Positions 1 through 12,900 of a stretch of DNA of 64,000 bases are shown piece by piece. Each line of letters begins with the position of its first letter. Positions within the stretch are counted from its first letter, which is position 1. The stretch lies in assembly GCF_964355755.1 (NCBI RefSeq), contig NC_092673.1, positions 17,667,648 to 17,731,647 on the forward strand, given 5' to 3'. The DNA comes from Antedon mediterranea. Lineage: Eukaryota > Animalia > Echinodermata. The notes under the pieces are model-generated. The model was given only the letters and a program-made list of their open reading frames with translations, did no database searches and had not been told where the DNA came from. Made by a program: the position numbers and the translations under genes.

Positions 1-862
1 TAATGCAATTTAAAAAAGAAAGGTAATATGAAATTATTCTTTTCAAACTGAATGCTTTTAAGAAAAGTTCCGTCTCTTATCTTATGACTTTTTTGGAAAA
101 ATGATTAAAATTAAAATATAATATACTAGTAAGTGCTCACAGATGCTTCTCGAATTCATGAACTTTGGTAAATAACGGAAAATTGCACTGTACACAAAGC
201 AATACAGATATGATGGAATTTATGTAGTCAAATATAATTGTCATCCTGAGAATTACCTTAATTTTGTTTATTGCATGGTATTGTTCACCAAATTCCTGTC
301 TTGGTACATTTGATGATGGGATGGTATCAGACTTCATGATATGATATGATCTTCATCGAGGCAAATGATAAATTTGTTTTGATCGTCAATATAGTACACT
401 GGTTTTCATTTGGTGTTAAAAATTAGTACCGAAAGTATGTACCAACTTTCTCTACCATTGGGTTAAAATTCTAGAAGTTGAACTTAATTTACAGAAATTT
501 CCCATTACGTAAATTTATATATAAATTCATTAAACTGCTTTGTGGCCTCATATTTTTAATATCTGAACATTTGTTTGTACAATTTTATGAAATATTTATT
601 TTATAACGTTCAAATTTTGTGATTGATATTGTACAGTAAGTAGATTTTAATGATTATTTACATTAAGTAATAGGCTAACAATCACTACCTGTAGATCTGA
701 TCCATGGTAATTATATTTCGTTTTCATTTATTAATAATGATAATTAGGATTTTATCACATTATTTAGCAGTAATTGTTGTTGTTTATATTAACAAAAAAC
801 CCAATTTCACATAATGTCTGTTTTCAGTATTTATAAACATCATGATTATGATTCCTTTCCAG

Positions 863-970
863 AATGATGACACTCTATTACATTCATATCTGAGTAGTGT
901 ATATCCACCTACCTTAGAAATAGTGACGTGTCTCATTCAGCATGGGACACAAGTAGCGTTGCAAAATAAG
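863..970 (+). CDS. Ankyrin cassette exon A1: NDDTLLHSYLSSVYPPTLEIVTCLIQHGTQVALQNK
   Basis: Acceptor ttcctttccAG, donor AAG/GTAAAT, 108 nt, phase 0-0; ankyrin-like T(P/L)LH...LEIV..LIQHG pattern. Confidence 0.8.
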
Positions 971-3900
971 GTAAATGTACAGGGATTTGCTAGTGTAATA
1001 GGCTAACATTATATAGATATGCTGAAGTAAACCATTCAATGAGAGAAAAAAGTAACCACATTAACAAAAATCAAATTTGATTAAAACAAACCAAATAAAA
1101 AAATAACTAAATAGTTATATATGATTTATGATAACTGATTTAAAGTGTACAAATCTTTAAGTTTCTTAATGAACAAAAAAATCTATTTTTGTTTATATAT
1201 TCAGTTATTAAATAACAATTATTGACAATGGTCTAATTAATTGTAAATATGAAATAAAATGGGACAACTACTAAACAACTAAAAATGTTTAGGTTAAAAA
1301 AATTAATAGAATCTGATTTTAATAAAAAAATAATTATTAATTAAAAACCTGCTCCCTCCCTTACCTTACAAAAAATGCTTCTGTCAGTCTATCCAGCTAA
1401 TTATAAACATGGCATTAAACTACATCTGGAGATCCGTTTCCAACCTAGGATCTTTTTGTGCAAACATTTTGCCACAAAATGAAGAGAAATGTAAACAATG
1501 TTTTGTTAGTTTTCAAAATCTAAATTGTGTGAGTAATGCAATTTAAAAAAGAAAGGCAATATGAAATTATTCTTTTCGAACTGAATGCTTTTAAGAAAAG
1601 TTCCGTCTCTTATCTTATGACTTTTTTTGAAAAATGAATTCTCGTTAAAATATAATATACTAGTAAGTGCTCACAGATGCTTTTTGAATACATAAACTTT
1701 GGTAAATAACTGAAAATTATACTGTACACAAGGCAAATAAATACAGATATGATGGAGATCTGATCCATGGTAATATATTATATTTTGTTTTCATTTATCA
1801 ATAATGATAATTAGGATTTTATCACATTATTTAGCAGTAATTGTTGTTGTTTGTATTAACAAAAAAACCCAATTTCACATATGTCTGTTGTCAGTTTATA
1901 AACTTCATGATTATGATTCCTTTTCAGGATGGTGACACCAGATCTGATCTATGTTAAGATATTCTATTTTGTTCTCATTTATCAATAGTTAACAATTAGG
2001 ATTATTTACCACATTATTTAGCAGCAAAAAACAATTTCACATAATGTTTGTTGTCATTATTTATAAACTCCATTATGATTCCTTTCCAGTATGGTGACAC
2101 TCCATTACATCCATATCTGAGGAGTGGATATACTGCACCTACCTTAGAAATAGTGACGTGTCTCATTCAGCATGGGGCACCAGTAGCATTGAAAAATAAG
2201 GTAAAGGGATTTGCTAGTGTAATAAGCTAACATTATATAGATCTGCTGAAGTAAACCATTTAATGAGAGAAAAAAGTAAGCACATTAACAAAAATCAAAT
2301 TTGATTAAAACAAACCAAATAAAAAAATAACTAAATAGTTATATATGATTTATGATAACTGATTTAAAGTGTACAGTTACCTATCATATAACATAAATCT
2401 TTAATTTTCTTAATGAACAAAAAAATCTATTTTTTTTATATATTCAGTCATTAATTAACAATTATTGACAATGGTCTAATTAATTGTAAATATGAAATAA
2501 AATGCGACAACTACTAAACAACTAAAAATGTTTATGTTAAAAAAATTAATAGAATCTGATTTTAATAAAAAAATAATTATTAATTAATAACCTACTCCCT
2601 CCCTTACCTTACAAAAAATGCTTCTATCAGTCTATCCAGCTAATTATAAACATGGCCTTAAACTACATCTGGAGATCCTTTTCCAACCTAGGATATTTTT
2701 ATGCAAACATTTTGCCACAAAAGGAAGAGAAATGTAAATAATATTTAGCCTTTAGTTAGTGGTTTCCAAAATTTAAAATGTTTGAGCAATGCAATTTAAA
2801 AAAGAAAGCTAGTATGAAATTCCTTTCAAACTGAAAATAATGATAATTAGGATTTTATCACATTATTTAGCAGTAATTGTTGTTGTTTGTATTAACAAAA
2901 AAAAACCCAATTTTCACATAATGTCTGTTGTCAGTATTTATAAACTTCATTATGATTCCTTTCCAGGATGGTGACACTCTATTACATTCATATCTGAGGA
3001 ATGATAGAATACCTACCTTAGAAATAGTGACTTGTCTCATTCAGCATGGGACACCATTAGCATTGCAAAATAAGGTAATGTACAGGGATTTGCTAGTGTA
3101 ATAAGCTAACATTATATAGATATGCTGTGGTAAACCATTCTATTTTGTTCTACTCATTTATTTATTAATAATGATAATTATGATTATTTACCACAATATT
3201 TAGCAGCAATTGTTGTTGTTTGTATTGAAAAAAAACAAACAATTTCACATAATGTCTGTTGTCAGTATTTATAAACTTTATTATGATTCCTTTCCAGTAT
3301 GGTAACACTCCATTACATTCATATCTGTGGAGTGTACATACACCTACCTTAGAAATAGTGACGTGTCTCATTCAGCATGGGGCACCAGTAGCATTGCAAA
3401 ATAAGGTATTGTACAGGGATTTGCTAGTGTAATAGGCTAACATTCTATAGATATGATGTGGTAAACCATTCTATTTTGTTCTACTCATTTATTAATAATG
3501 ATAATTATGATTATTTTACCACAATATTTAGCAGCAATTGTTTTTGTTTGTATTGACAAAAAAAACAAACAATTTCACATAATGTCTGTAGTCAGTATTT
3601 ATAAACTCCATTATGATTCCTTTCCAGAATGGTGACACTCTATTACATTACTGTCTGAGGAGAGGATATCCACCTACCTTAGAAATAGTGACGTGTCTCA
3701 TTCAGCATGGGACACCAGTAGCATTGCAAAATGAGGTAATGTACAGGGATTTGCTAGTGTAATAGGCTAACATTATATAGATCTGCTGAAGTAAACCATT
3801 CTATTTTGTTCTACTCATTTATTAATAATGATAATTATGATTATTTACCACAATATTTAGTAGCAATTGTTGTTGTTTGTATTGACAAAAAAAACAAACA

Positions 3901-6900
3901 ATTTCACATAATGTCTGTTGTCAGTATTTATAAACTCCATTATGATTCCTTTCCAGAATGGTGACACTCTATTACATTCATATCTGATGATTGGATACCC
4001 TACCTTAGAAATAGTGACGTGTCTCATTCAGCATGGGACACCATTAGCATTGCAAAATAAGGTAAATGTACAGGGATTTGCTAGTGTAATAGGCTAACAT
4101 TGTATAGATATGCTGTGGTAAACCATTCTATTTTGTTCTACTCATTTATTAATAATGATAATTATGATTATTTACCACAATATTTAGTAGCAATTGTTGT
4201 TGTTTGTATTGACAAAAAAAACAAACAATTTCACATAATGTCTGTTGTCAGTATTTATAAACTCCATTATGATTCCTTTCCAGAATGGTGACACTCTATT
4301 ACATTCATATCTGGGGACAGGATATACACCTACCTTAGAAATAGTGACGTGTCTCATTCAGCATGGGGTACCAGTAGCATTGCAAAATAAGGTATTGTAC
4401 AGGGATTTGCTAGTGTAATAGGCTAACATTCTATAGATCTGCTGAAGTAAACCATTTAATGAGAGAAAAAAGTAAGCACATTAACAAAAATCAAATTTTA
4501 TTAAAAGAAATCAAATTAAAATAATAACTAAACAGTTATATATGATTTATGATAACTGATTTAAAGTATACAGTTATTCATCAAATAACATATATCTTTT
4601 TTCTTAATGAACAAAAACAATCTACTTGTAATTTTTTATATTCAGGTGAATCACTATAATTTTGTTTAAATATTTTTACCATAAAATAAATATATATTGG
4701 TCATATCAGGGAGTTGTAAAATGACAACTCCCTGGTCATATGTAGCTGTAAAGATAACAACAATTGAAAATGGTCTAATTAATTATAAATATGAAATAAA
4801 ATGTATGTTGACAAATAATAGAATAGCAAACAAAAATGTTTGTGTTATTGTTAACAAAATTAATAGAATCTGATTTTAATAAAAAAGAATTATTAATTGT
4901 TAATAACTTGCTCCCTCCCTTACCTTCCAAAAAAATACTTCTGTCAGTATATCCAGCTAATTACAGTTTGAATATGGCCTTTTAAAGAGATCTTTTTCCA
5001 GCATTTTTTTTTTTTGCAAATATTTTGCCACAAATGGAAGAGAAATGTAAATAATGTTTAGTTTATAGTGGTTTCCAAAATCTAAAATTGTTCGAACAAT
5101 GCAATTAGACATTTTTTTATATTCAGGTGAATCAGTATAATTTTGTTTACATATTTTTGACCGTAAAACAAATATAAATTGGTCATATGTAGCTGTAAAG
5201 ATAACAATGATTGACAATGGTCTAATTAATTGTAAAGATGAAATAAAATGGGACAACTACATTGATTAATAATAAAATAACAAATAAAAATGCTTATGTC
5301 AAAAAAATTAATAGAATCTGATTTTAATAAAAAAATAATTATTAATTAATAACCTGCTCCCTCCCTTACCTTACAAAAAAATGCTTCTGTAATAGTAATA
5401 GGCTAACAATCTTTAGATCTGATCCATGGTAAGATATTCTATTTTGTTCTCATTTATCAATCATGTCAATTAGGATTATTGACCACATTATTTAGCAGTA
5501 ATTCTTGCTATGGTTTGGGTTGACAAAAAAAAACCCAATTTCACATAATGTCTGTTGTCAGTATTATACACCAACAACATTGCAAAATAAGGTAATGTAC
5601 AGGGATTTGCTAGTGTAATAAGCTAACATTATATAGATCTGCTGAAGTAGACCATTTATTGAGAGAAAAAAGTAAGCACATTAACAAAAATAAAATTTGA
5701 TTAAAACAAACCAAATAAAAAAATAACTAACTAGATTTAAACTCGTCACTACGGACGAGTTAGGTTATCCGCAGCGCAAAAGGCATGTGCACGTCATACG
5801 TTAGAATATTACGCGCAGAAAAACGTTTACGCCATTGAAAAAATGATAGTGCGCCCTCTATTTTGCGTCACGTCTGAGTATATACGGTATACACTATATA
5901 CTATATACGTATAACCATACAGTGCAGAATAGTGAAAAGAAGTGACCAAAGTTATTAACGCTTTTGAACATGATGACGTAATAACAATTTTAAAAATTGT
6001 AAATCATGCGAAAGATAATTGATTGACCTAAACAATATAAAAAATGGAGGGCAATGGAATACGGATAATTGGAGATGTGCTCTATTAAATGTGATGAGCT
6101 ATGACGAAAGAGACAAAAATCCTATTATTTATATTCGAGTGGCCATACGATGACGTCACAATGTCCGGTTAGTCATATTGATGCATGATTTGATATCTGC
6201 AACTCATCTACTACCAGAATATGTAATTTTAAAAAAGTTCACCACGTAGTTTAGAATTTATGACTGTTTAAAAAAAGGCATAATTTTGACAAATTTTTGA
6301 ACTTTTTCATCAAAAATGCGCGTAAATTGTTTAATTCTACGTGCTCGTATGACGTGATTTTAAGTCGAAATTGTTTGAAAGTTGGTAAATTTTCTAAAAA
6401 AGACAGGAAAAACAAAAATCAAGCAAAAAAATGATGTTTTTGCGCTACGTGCGCACGTGCGCGTAAAAAAATTGCGCACGCGTGGGAATTTTTGAAATGC
6501 TCAAAATGACATGAAACGCGTAGAAAGTTGATTAGATATTGATTTTTCGCATTTTGAAATTTTAAACGCGCGTAACTTTTTGTGAAACATGCCATTTTTA
6601 ATCCATAGAAAGTTTGCGCTTGATATGACTTAAAGTTTCACCAAGTTTCAATACAAAACGACTTTTAGTTTTTAATATATGATCAATCATTGAAATTCAT
6701 AAAATCGCGCGTAACTTACGCTGCGCGAATCAAAGTTCATAAAAAAAAGTTTCTTGCACATCTACAGCTACAGGGCTATCTTTTGACAAAGTTATACAAT
6801 CATATGTTGGCCAGAATTAGAGATACGCTGCGAACAAAATTCGTGGAAAGAAAGAAGAACATAGGAAAAAAATGGGTTATCCGCCAAGTGCGGATAACCA

Positions 6901-9900
6901 AATAGTTATATATGATTTATGATCTGATTTAAAGTGTACAGTTACCTATCATATGACATAAATCTTTAATTTCCTTAATGAACAAAAAAATCTATTTTTT
7001 TTATATATTCAGTTATTAATTAACAATTATTGACAATGGTCTAATTAATTGTAAATATGAAATAAAATGCGACAACTACTAAACAACTAAAAATGTTTAT
7101 TAAAAAAAATAATAGAATCTGATTTTAATAAAAAATAATTATTAATTAAAAACCTGCTCCCTCTCTTACCTTACACAAAATGCTTCTGTCAGTCTATCCA
7201 GCTAATTATGAACATGGCCATAAAGAAATCCTTTTCCAACCTAGGATCTTTTTGTGCAAACATTTGCCACAAAATGAAATGTAAACAATGTTTTGTTAGT
7301 TTTCAAAATCTAAATTGTTTGAGTAATGCAATTTAAAAAAGAAAGGTAATATGAAATTATTCTTTTCAAACTGAATGCTTTTAAGAAAAGTTCCGTCTCT
7401 TATCTTATGACTTTTTTGGAAAAATGATTTCTCGCTAAAATATAATATACTAGTAAGTGCTCACAGATGGTTCTTAAATACATGACCTTTGGTAAATGAC
7501 TGAAAATTGTTTAAATACAAAGCAAATAAAATACAGATATGTTGGAATTTATGTAGTCAAATATAATTGTCATCCTGAGAATTACCTTAATTTTGTTTAT
7601 TGCATGGTATTGTTCACCAAATTCCTGTCTTGGTACAATTGATGATGGGATGGTATCAGGCTTCATGATATGATATGATTTTCATCGAGGCAAATGGTTT
7701 AAACTAAATTTGTTATCGTTAATATCTAACTTAGCTTAATTGGTTATCCGCACTTGGCGGATAACCTCTTGTTATTGTCAGGATCTTTTTTTTTTTTTTT
7801 TTTTTTTTCTATGTTATTCTTCTTTCTTTTCCAGAATTTTGTTGGTCGCATATCTCAAATTATGGCCAGCATAAGATTGTATAACTTTGTCATAAGATTG
7901 ACTTGTAGCTGTAGATGTGCAAGAAACTTTTTTTTTTAAATTTTGAGTCGCGCAGCGTAAGTTACGCGCGATTTTGTGAATTTTGCGTATTTTACATAGA
8001 TTGAAAACCAAAAAGCAATTTTAATTGAAACTTGGCAAAAGTGTAATTTATATCATGCGCTAACCTTCTATGGATTTAAAATGGCACTTTTCCAAAAAGT
8101 TACGCGCGCACGCGCGTTTAAAATTTCAAAATGCGAAAATTCAATTTCTAATCAACTTTCTACGCGTTTCAGGTCATTTTGAGCATTTAAAAAATTCCAA
8201 CGCGTGCGCATTTTTTTTACGCGCGCGTGCGCACGCAGCGCAAAAACATCTTTTTTTTGCTTGATTTTTGTTTTTCCTGTCTTTTTTTAGAAAATTTACC
8301 AACTTTCAAACAATTTCGACTTAAAATCACGTCATACGAGCACGTAGAATTGAACAATTTGCGCGCGTTTTTGATGAAAATGTTCAAAAATTCATGAAAA
8401 TTATGCCTTTTTTAAAACAGTCATAGATTGTAAACTACGAGGTGAACTTTTTTTAAATTACACATTCTGGAAGTTGATGAGTTGTAGATATCGAATCATG
8501 CATCGATATGGCTAACAGGACATAGTGACGTCATCGTATGGCCACTCAAATATAAAATATAGGATTTTTGTCTCTTTCGTCATAGCTCATCACATTTAAT
8601 AGAGCGCATCTCCACTTATCCTAATTCCATTTCCCTCCATTTTTTTATATTGTCTATGCCAATCAATTATCTTTCGCATGATATACCGTTTTTAAAATTG
8701 TGATGACGTCATCATGTCCAAAAGCGTCAATAACTTGGGCCACTTATTTTCACATATTCTTCACTGTATGTAGTACGTATACAATATATAGTGTATACTG
8801 TGTATACTTAGACGTGACGTAAAATAGAGAGCGCACTAACATTTTTTCAATGGCGTAATGGTTTTCTCTGCGCAATATTCTAACGTATGACGTGCACGTG
8901 GCGTTTGCTCTGCGGATAACCTAACTCGTCCGTAGTGACGAGTTCAAATCTAGTTATGATATTGGTTTCATTGGGAGTTAAAAATCAGTACCGAAAGTAT
9001 GTACCAACTTTCTCTACCATTGAGTATAAATTCTAGAAGTTGCACTTAATTTACTGAAATTTCCCATTACCTAAATTTATATGTAAATTCATTAAACTGC
9101 TTATTGGTCTCATATTGTTAACATCTAAACATGTATTTGTACAATTTTATGAAATATGTATTTTGTTAATGTTCAAATTTTGTGATTGATATTGTACAGT
9201 AAGTAGATGTTAATGATTACTTACATTAAGTAATAGGCTAACAATCACTAGATCTGATCCATGGTAATATATTATATTTTGTTTTCATTTATCAATAATG
9301 ATAATTAGGATTTTATCACATTATTTAGCAGTAATTGTTGTTATTTATATTAACAAAAAACCCAATTTTACATAATGTCTGTTGTCAGTATTTATAAACT
9401 TCATTATGATTCCTTTCCAGGATGGTGACACTCTATTACATTCATATATGAGGAATGTATATAGAATATCTACCTTAGAAATAGTGACTTGTCTCATTCA
9501 GCATGGGACACCAGTAGCATTGCAAAATAAGGTAAATGTACAGGAATTTGCTAGTGCAATAAGCTAACATTATATAGATCTGCTGAAGTAAACCACTTAA
9601 TGAGAGAAAAAAGTAAGCACATTAACAAAAATCAAATTTGATTAAAACAAACCAAATAAAAAAATAACTAAATAGTTATATATGATTTATGATAACTGAT
9701 TTAAAGTGTACAGTTACCTATCATATAACATAAATCTTTAATTTTCTTAATGAACAAAAAAATCTATTTTTTTTTATATATTCAGTCATTAATTAACAAT
9801 TATTGACAATGGTCTAATTAATTGTAAATATGAAATAAAATGCGACAACTACTAAACAACTAAAAATGTTTATGTTAAAAAAATTAATAGAATCTGATTT

Positions 9901-12900
9901 TAATAAAAAAATAATTATTAATTAATAACCTACTCCCTCCCTTACCTTACAAAAAATGCTTCTATCAGTCTATCCAGCTAATTATAAACATGGCCTTAAA
10001 CTACATCTGGAGATCCTTTTCCAACCTAGGATATTTTTATGCAAACATTTTGCCACAAAAGGAAGAGAAATGTAAATAATATTTAGCCTTTAGTTAGTGG
10101 TTTCCAAAATTTAAAATGTTTGAGCAATGCAATTTAAAAAAGAAAGCTAGTATGAAATTCCTTTCAAACTGAAAATAATGATAATTAGGATTTTATCACA
10201 TTATTTAGCAGTAATTGTTGTTGTTTGTATTAACAAAAAAAAACCCAATTTTCACATAATGTCTGTTGTCAGTATTTATAAACTTCATTATGATTCCTTT
10301 CCAGGATGGTGACACTCTATTACATTCATATCTGAGGAATGATAGAATACCTACCTTAGAAATAGTGACTTGTCTCATTCAGCATGGGACACCATTAGCA
10401 TTGCAAAATAAGGTAATGTACAGGGATTTGCTAGTGTAATAAGCTAACATTATATAGATATGCTGTGGTAAACCATTCTATTTTGTTCTACTCATTTATT
10501 AATAATGATAATTATGATTATTTACCACAATATTTAGCAGCAATTGTTGTTGTTTGTATTGAAAAAAAACAAACAATTTCACATAATGTCTGTTGTCAGT
10601 ATTTATAAACTTTATTATGATTCCTTTCCAGTATGGTAACACTCCATTACATTCATATCTGTGGAGTGTACATACACCTACCTTAGAAATAGTGACGTGT
10701 CTCATTCAGCATGGGGCACCAGTAGCATTGCAAAATAAGGTATTGTACAGGGATTTGCTAATGTAATAGGCTAACATTCTATAGATATGATGTGGTAAAC
10801 CATTCTATTTTGTTCTACTCATTTATTAATAATGATAATTATGATTATTTTACCACAATATTTAGCAGCAATTGTTTTTGTTTGTATTGACAAAAAAAAC
10901 AAACAATTTCACATAATGTCTGTAGTCAGTATTTATAAACTCCATTATGATTCCTTTCCAGAATGGTGACACTCTATTACATTACTGTCTGAGGAGAGGA
11001 TATCCACCTACCTTAGAAATAGTGACGTGTCTCATTCAGCATGGGACACCAGTAGCATTGCAAAATGAGGTAATGTACAGGGATTTGCTAGTGTAATAGG
11101 CTAACATTATATAGATATGCTGTGGTAAACCATTCTATTTTGTTCTACTCATTTATTAATAATGATAATTATGATTATTTACCACAATATTTAGTAGCAA
11201 TTGTTGTTGTTTGTATTGACAAAAAAAACAAACAATTTCACATAATGTCTGTTGTCAGTATTTATAAACTCCATTATGATTCCTTTCCAGAATGGTGACA
11301 CTCTATTACATTCATATCTGGGGACAGGATATACACCTACCTTAGAAATAGTGACGTGTCTCATTCAGCATGGGGTACCAGTAGCATTGCAAAATAAGGT
11401 ATTGTACAGGGATTTGCTAGTGTAATAGGCTAACATTCTATAGATCTGCTGAAGTAAACCATTTAATGAGAGAAAAAAGTAAGCACATTAACAAAAATCA
11501 AATTTTATTAAAAGAAATCAAATTAAAATAATAACTAAACAGTTATATATGATTTATGATAACTGATTTAAAGTATACAGTTATTCATCAAATAACATAT
11601 ATCTTTTTTCTTAATGAACAAAAACAATCTACTTGTAATTTTTTATATTCAGGTGAATCACTATAATTTTGTTTAAATATTTTTACCATAAAATAAATAT
11701 ATATTGGTCATATCAGGGAGTTGTAAAATGACAAAAATCTAAAATTGTTCGAACAATGCAATTAGACATTTTTTTATATTCAGGTGAATCAGTATAATTT
11801 TGTTTACATATTTTTGACCGTAAAACAAATATAAATTGGTCATATGTAGCTGTAAAGATAACAATGATTGACAATGGTCTAATTAATTGTAAAGATGAAA
11901 TAAAATGGGACAACTACATTGATTAATAATAAAATAACAAATAAAAATGCTTATGTCAAAAAAATTAATAGAATCTGATTTTAATAAAAAAATAATTATT
12001 AATTAATAACCTGCTCCCTCCCTTACCTTACAAAAAAATGCTTCTGTAATAGTAATAGGCTAACAATCTTAGATCTGATCCATGGTAAGATATTCTATTT
12101 TGTTCTCATTTATCAATCATGTCAATTAGGATTATTGACCACATTATTTAGCAGTAATTCTTGCTATGGTTTGGGTTGACAAAAAAAAACCCAATTTCAC
12201 ATAATGTCTGTTGTCAGTATTATACACCAACAACATTGCAAAATAAGGTAATGTACAGGGATTTGCTAGTGTAATAAGCTAACATTATATAGATCTGCTG
12301 AAGTAGACCATTTATTGAGAGAAAAAAGTAAGCACATTAACAAAAATAAAATTTGATTAAAACAAACCAAATAAAAAAATAACTAACTAGATTTAAACTC
12401 GTCACTACGGACGAGTTAGGTTATCCGCAGCGCAAAAGGCATGTGCACGTCATACGTTAGAATATTACGCGCAGAAAAACGTTTACGCCATTGAAAAAAT
12501 GATAGTGCGCCCTCTATTTTGCGTCACGTCTGAGTATATACGGTATACACTATATACTATATACGTATAACCATACAGTGCAGAATAGTGAAAAGAAGTG
12601 ACCAAAGTTATTAACGCTTTTGAACATGATGACGTAATAACAATTTTAAAAATTGTAAATCATGCGAAAGATAATTGATTGACCTAAACAATATAAAAAA
12701 TGGAGGGCAATGGAATACGGATAATTGGAGATGCGCTCTATTAAATGTGATGAGCTATGACGAAAGAGACAAAAATCCTATTATTTATATTCGAGTGGCC
12801 ATACGATGACGTCACAATGTCCGGTTAGTCATATTGATGCATGATTTGATATCTGCAACTCATCTACTACCAGAATATGTAATTTTAAAAAAGTTCACCA

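Noticed and set aside
3165-3371. Minus-strand ORFs MRHVTISK... (also 10499, 59698, 63727)
   Set aside because: Antisense shadows of the ankyrin exons extending into AT-rich intron.
2870-4400. CRISPR-like array (constant repeat with short variable core)
   Set aside because: Units are ~330 bp with GT-AG splice sites, the variable parts are homologous codons of an ankyrin repeat, the context is eukaryotic and there are no cas genes.
6690-8264. Short basic or Phe-rich ORFs (6690, 7754, 7814, 8070, 13346)
   Set aside because: They lie inside non-autonomous Helentron-like elements and show no recognisable domain.
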